Positions 61,170-64,000 of a stretch of DNA of 64,000 nucleotides are shown here, piece by piece. Positions within the stretch are counted from its first letter, which is position 1; the number at the start of each line of letters is the position of its first letter. Made by a program: the position numbers and the translations under genes. The stretch comes from a virus. The stretch lies in the IMG/VR virus record IMGVR_UViG_3300028569_000023, positions 22,036 through 86,035 of that record; one strand, written 5' to 3'. Below the pieces are notes generated by a model. The model saw only the letters and a program-made list of their open reading frames with translations. It did no database searches and was not told where the DNA came from.

Positions 61170-61888
61170 TTTAACCCCTTAATGAATTTTTTAACAGCGT
61201 ATGATGGAACTAGAAAACTATAATGTGTGTTATTATCTCCAGCAAATAGCACACCGATAACTCTACCGAGATCGTCCACTACAGGCGATCCGCTATTACC
61301 AGGATGCCCGATAGCATCGATAAATGTTGTGTTATGTTCTTGAATACAGAAAAAGCCAAACATGCCAGGGATGGCATTATTACTACCGCAGTCAAACGGG
61401 TCTCTAACTACTGAAGTCACTAAACTAATGATATAACCTTTTCGAATCACATTACCGCGAGATACAATTAATGGATATAAACTAGGATGACCTACAATAT
61501 TTACAGCATCCCCTATATCAGGCTCGTCTGTTACAGAAAGACCTGACTTTTCAGGAAAAGGCTCTAATGCGCAAAGATCGGCCACTCCATCATTGACTTT
61601 AATAATACGTAGTAATACGGTTTCGTCTTCAGATGAAGCAAGCATCGAGCCTTGATCTAGCGAAGAATCGCAGACATGTCGATTAGTAATCGTGAATTTA
61701 CGATCACCATCATCGACTACCCATCCTGTACCTCCGCCTCCTCGTGAATTAGTAAGCTTTACTACTTGACTTCCTACTTTATACTCTAGAGCCCTGGAAT
61801 GCCAAGACGGTAATTTTAATACCGTCCATCCCGCAACGACAGCTACCGTTGCTACTTTGAGAAGTAACTTTGTTGAACGTTTAATCAT
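61166..61888 (-). CDS. trypsin-like serine protease, membrane-anchored
   Basis: TNRHVC, DLCAL, GNSGSP catalytic triad; N-terminal TM. Confidence 0.9.
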   Translation of the reverse strand: MIKRSTKLLLKVATVAVVAGWTVLKLPSWHSRALEYKVGSQVVKLTNSRGGGGTGWVVDDGDRKFTITNRHVCDSSLDQGSMLASSEDETVLLRIIKVNDGVADLCALEPFPEKSGLSVTDEPDIGDAVNIVGHPSLYPLIVSRGNVIRKGYIISLVTSVVRDPFDCGSNNAIPGMFGFFCIQEHNTTFIDAIGHPGNSGSPVVDDLGRVIGVLFAGDNNTHYSFLVPSYAVKKFIKGLK

Positions 61889-62093
61889 AATATACCCATC
61901 CTTTTGTAAATTTCCGGATAATTCTCACAAGAGTTACGATCAACGTAGATTTCCGTTTTTCCGTTCTCATAAATAACTTCCAGTAAATATTGTAACCTAT
62001 TTAATTTAGTTTCTATAATAAGTTCGCCTGATTCAATGACTTGGTAAATTTCAGAAACAAGACCATCGATAGGTCTGGTGGTTTTCAATGAAC

Positions 62094-62612
62094 TCATCTC
62101 AAGATCACTAAACATAGAACTCCTAAAATCCCTAGAACAATTCCGCATCCCGTAGCTCCTGCTAATACTAACAGATATTCATTTGAGAGCTTTTTTTCTA
62201 GATCCTTATCTTTAGTTGTTTCTATACTCGTAAGCCTTTGAATGTGTTGTTCTTTTAACTGAATTACGGAGTGTAGGTAATCCTGGTGTTCACATAACGC
62301 TTTATTCACCTTAAACGATTTAGAGTTTTCATAGGATAATTCAGAGATTCGAAGTTCAGCTTGTTCTAGCTCAATTACTGTCTGTTCATTTCTAGCTAAC
62401 CCTTTAACATTTTCAGTTTCTAAATCAGCTAAAACATCAACTAGCTCTTTTTCGCGGACATTAGCATTGTTTAATCCTTTAAGTAAATTCTTGATATGCC
62501 GACTCTTCCTATTAGATTTAGCGCTGACAGCGGTAATACGCTTTGTTAACCGCCAGTTCTGATCCAATAGAAATTCAATAAGCTCGTCTTGTTCAGTATT
62601 AGTTCTTTTCAT
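62094..62612 (-). CDS. coiled-coil protein with C-terminal TM
   Basis: heptads, hydrophobic C-terminus. Confidence 0.6.
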   Translation of the reverse strand: MKRTNTEQDELIEFLLDQNWRLTKRITAVSAKSNRKSRHIKNLLKGLNNANVREKELVDVLADLETENVKGLARNEQTVIELEQAELRISELSYENSKSFKVNKALCEHQDYLHSVIQLKEQHIQRLTSIETTKDKDLEKKLSNEYLLVLAGATGCGIVLGILGVLCLVILR

Positions 62613-62763
62613 TTTCCACCCCAAATGCCGCTAATGCGAATAGTACGATATGACAATACGCAACGACCTCCCAGATCGGCTCATTGGTCCACTTAATAAG
62701 AACCACGTCTAGAATAAACAATGCGAAGTTTAAATTACGACTAAATCGATAACTCATTCTTTT

Positions 62764-62792
62764 ATTATACCAGATAGTTTTCTATAATGCAA
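62764..62792 (-). promoter_or_regulatory. sigma70 promoter, leaderless, for a small membrane ORF 62757-62599
   Basis: TTGCAT-N17-TATAAT with TG extension; ATG 6 nt downstream. Confidence 0.65.
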
Positions 62793-63164
62793 CTACAATA
62801 TCCAAAATATTTTACCACATAGCTGCGTCGTCGCTTTGCTCCTCGACTCGCTCTATATACGCGTAGTCATTACGAATTAGGTACATTTCGAAGCTCATTT
62901 GTACACCCCTCCGTGTTACAGAGAATTTAACAACTTTAGTATATCTAAACTGTTTGTACCTGTAACTTTAAAGTATTAACTAAACGATACGTACTTCTTA
63001 TCTCGTTAATCTATTAACTTCTTCGTTCCCTAAACTACACGGATAGCTGCGTCTTCTAGTCAGACAAGCTACGCCATATCCAAAACTACCCCGCAATGTC
63101 GCTTAGATAGGTAGCCAGACCTGCTCTAGTTCTATTGGAAGCTCATTATAACGCCTAGAATAGT

Positions 63165-63719
63165 CTATACGTCGTTATCTTCGTTCTTCTTGGCCATCTT
63201 ACGATTCTGCTTAGCTCGTTCAATACGGGTAAGCTCATTGTCGTATATAATGACCTTCTTAACGACCTTCTTATGGTAATAAGCCTTATAGAACTTCTTA
63301 GCTTCTTCTTGATCGCTAAATACCCCTACAATGATCTTAGATTGTCTAGACGTAGTGAGATATACGAAATACTTGAACTGGTAATAGCTAATGCGAGATC
63401 CCGTTACGTTCAATGGTTTTCTATCCGAGAGTAACTTATAACCTGATTTTCTATACTCATCCATATACTGACCTACTTGGATCTTCCTAGTATCTCTATC
63501 ATTTTCTATACCTAGTATCTTAATACTGAAATGAAGATCTAGCTGAGGACGTAACTTTGGATTAGATCTAAGATTCCTGAGATGACGAGCTACCGAGAAT
63601 AGACCAAACTCAGATTCTGCAATAAGAGCTAGCTTTAGCTCATCTGAGTAAATGGCGAAGATACAGTTATCTGGGAATTCAGAAAGTTCTTTTACGGTGT
63701 AGATTTTATAGGATGACAT
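63165..63719 (-). CDS. hypothetical protein (possibly degenerate GIY-YIG-like)
   Basis: GGAGG RBS; CIFAIY...LALIAES spacing resembles GIY-YIG. Confidence 0.5.
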   Translation of the reverse strand: MSSYKIYTVKELSEFPDNCIFAIYSDELKLALIAESEFGLFSVARHLRNLRSNPKLRPQLDLHFSIKILGIENDRDTRKIQVGQYMDEYRKSGYKLLSDRKPLNVTGSRISYYQFKYFVYLTTSRQSKIIVGVFSDQEEAKKFYKAYYHKKVVKKVIIYDNELTRIERAKQNRKMAKKNEDNDV

Positions 63720-63883
63720 AATGACCTCCAAAAGTCAAGTATAGAAAGACCTACTGTGTATTACTGAGTAGGAGTATATCATATAGTTGTTAGAATACAA
63801 GCTTTTTCTATATCGAGGTTATTGAATCGGATAGGTCTGGACATAGCCATCGCCCCCTTTACGTCAAACACATACCCCCCCCT

Positions 63884-63999
63884 AGCAATAACCATGCCAA
63901 GTAATAGAACTCCGAAGCTCATGCAATAACTATACTAACCGTACAACTGTATGGTATAACAAAGCGTATGCAAGGATCGTACCTGGTACAGAAGTTGCA
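63884..63999. promoter_or_regulatory. cluster of sigma54-type -24/-12 boxes
   Basis: TTGGCATGGTTATTGCT (-, 63884-63900); AGGTACGATCCTTGCA (-, 63969-63984); CTGGTACAGAAGTTGCA (+, 63983-63999). Confidence 0.55.
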
Positions 64000-64000
64000 G

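Larger units (their letters stand above)
27847..63793 (-). promoter_or_regulatory. dispersed motif (T)TAACAACTAT, putative late promoter, 13 copies
   Basis: - strand copies start at 27847, 35154, 35826, 40107, 43432, 44367, 46184, 47232, 48786, 54818, 59216, 63783; + strand copy at 59262; all lie 5' of a gene. Confidence 0.8.

Noticed and set aside
1-64000. Stop-codon reassignment, diversity-generating retroelement, DNA hypermodification cluster
   Set aside because: Genes are intact in the standard code; no reverse transcriptase or TR/VR pair seen; no recognisable base-modification enzymes

Overview
This window is most of a tailed dsDNA phage genome with podovirus-like organisation (portal, adaptor, giant nozzle, four putative ejection proteins, no tape measure or sheath). 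The left arm (+ strand, ~1-21.5 kb) holds replication, recombination, nucleotide and RNA-repair genes: DnaQ-like exonuclease, phosphatases, ThyX, Cas4/RecB-like nuclease, ERF, primase-helicase, a split family-B DNA polymerase with an HNH gene at the junction, RNA ligase, dNMP kinase, MazG and holin/spanin-like genes. The right arm (- strand, ~21.4-63.7 kb) holds packaging and virion genes, plus a divergent M15 endolysin and secreted proteases. The most notable signals are: (1) a ~160-nt tRNA-shaped but non-tRNA RNA with its own promoter at 17283-17443; (2) a two-gene PolB split between motifs B and C, with an HNH gene flanked by a TAGATG duplication; (3) a motif (T)TAACAACTAT found 13 times just upstream of right-arm genes, often almost leaderless, with no recognisable phage RNA polymerase or sigma factor in the window; (4) a cluster of sigma54-type -24/-12 boxes at the right end. 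I saw no integrase, CRISPR array, reverse transcriptase or canonical tRNA. All protein calls come from motifs read by eye; no database searches were run.
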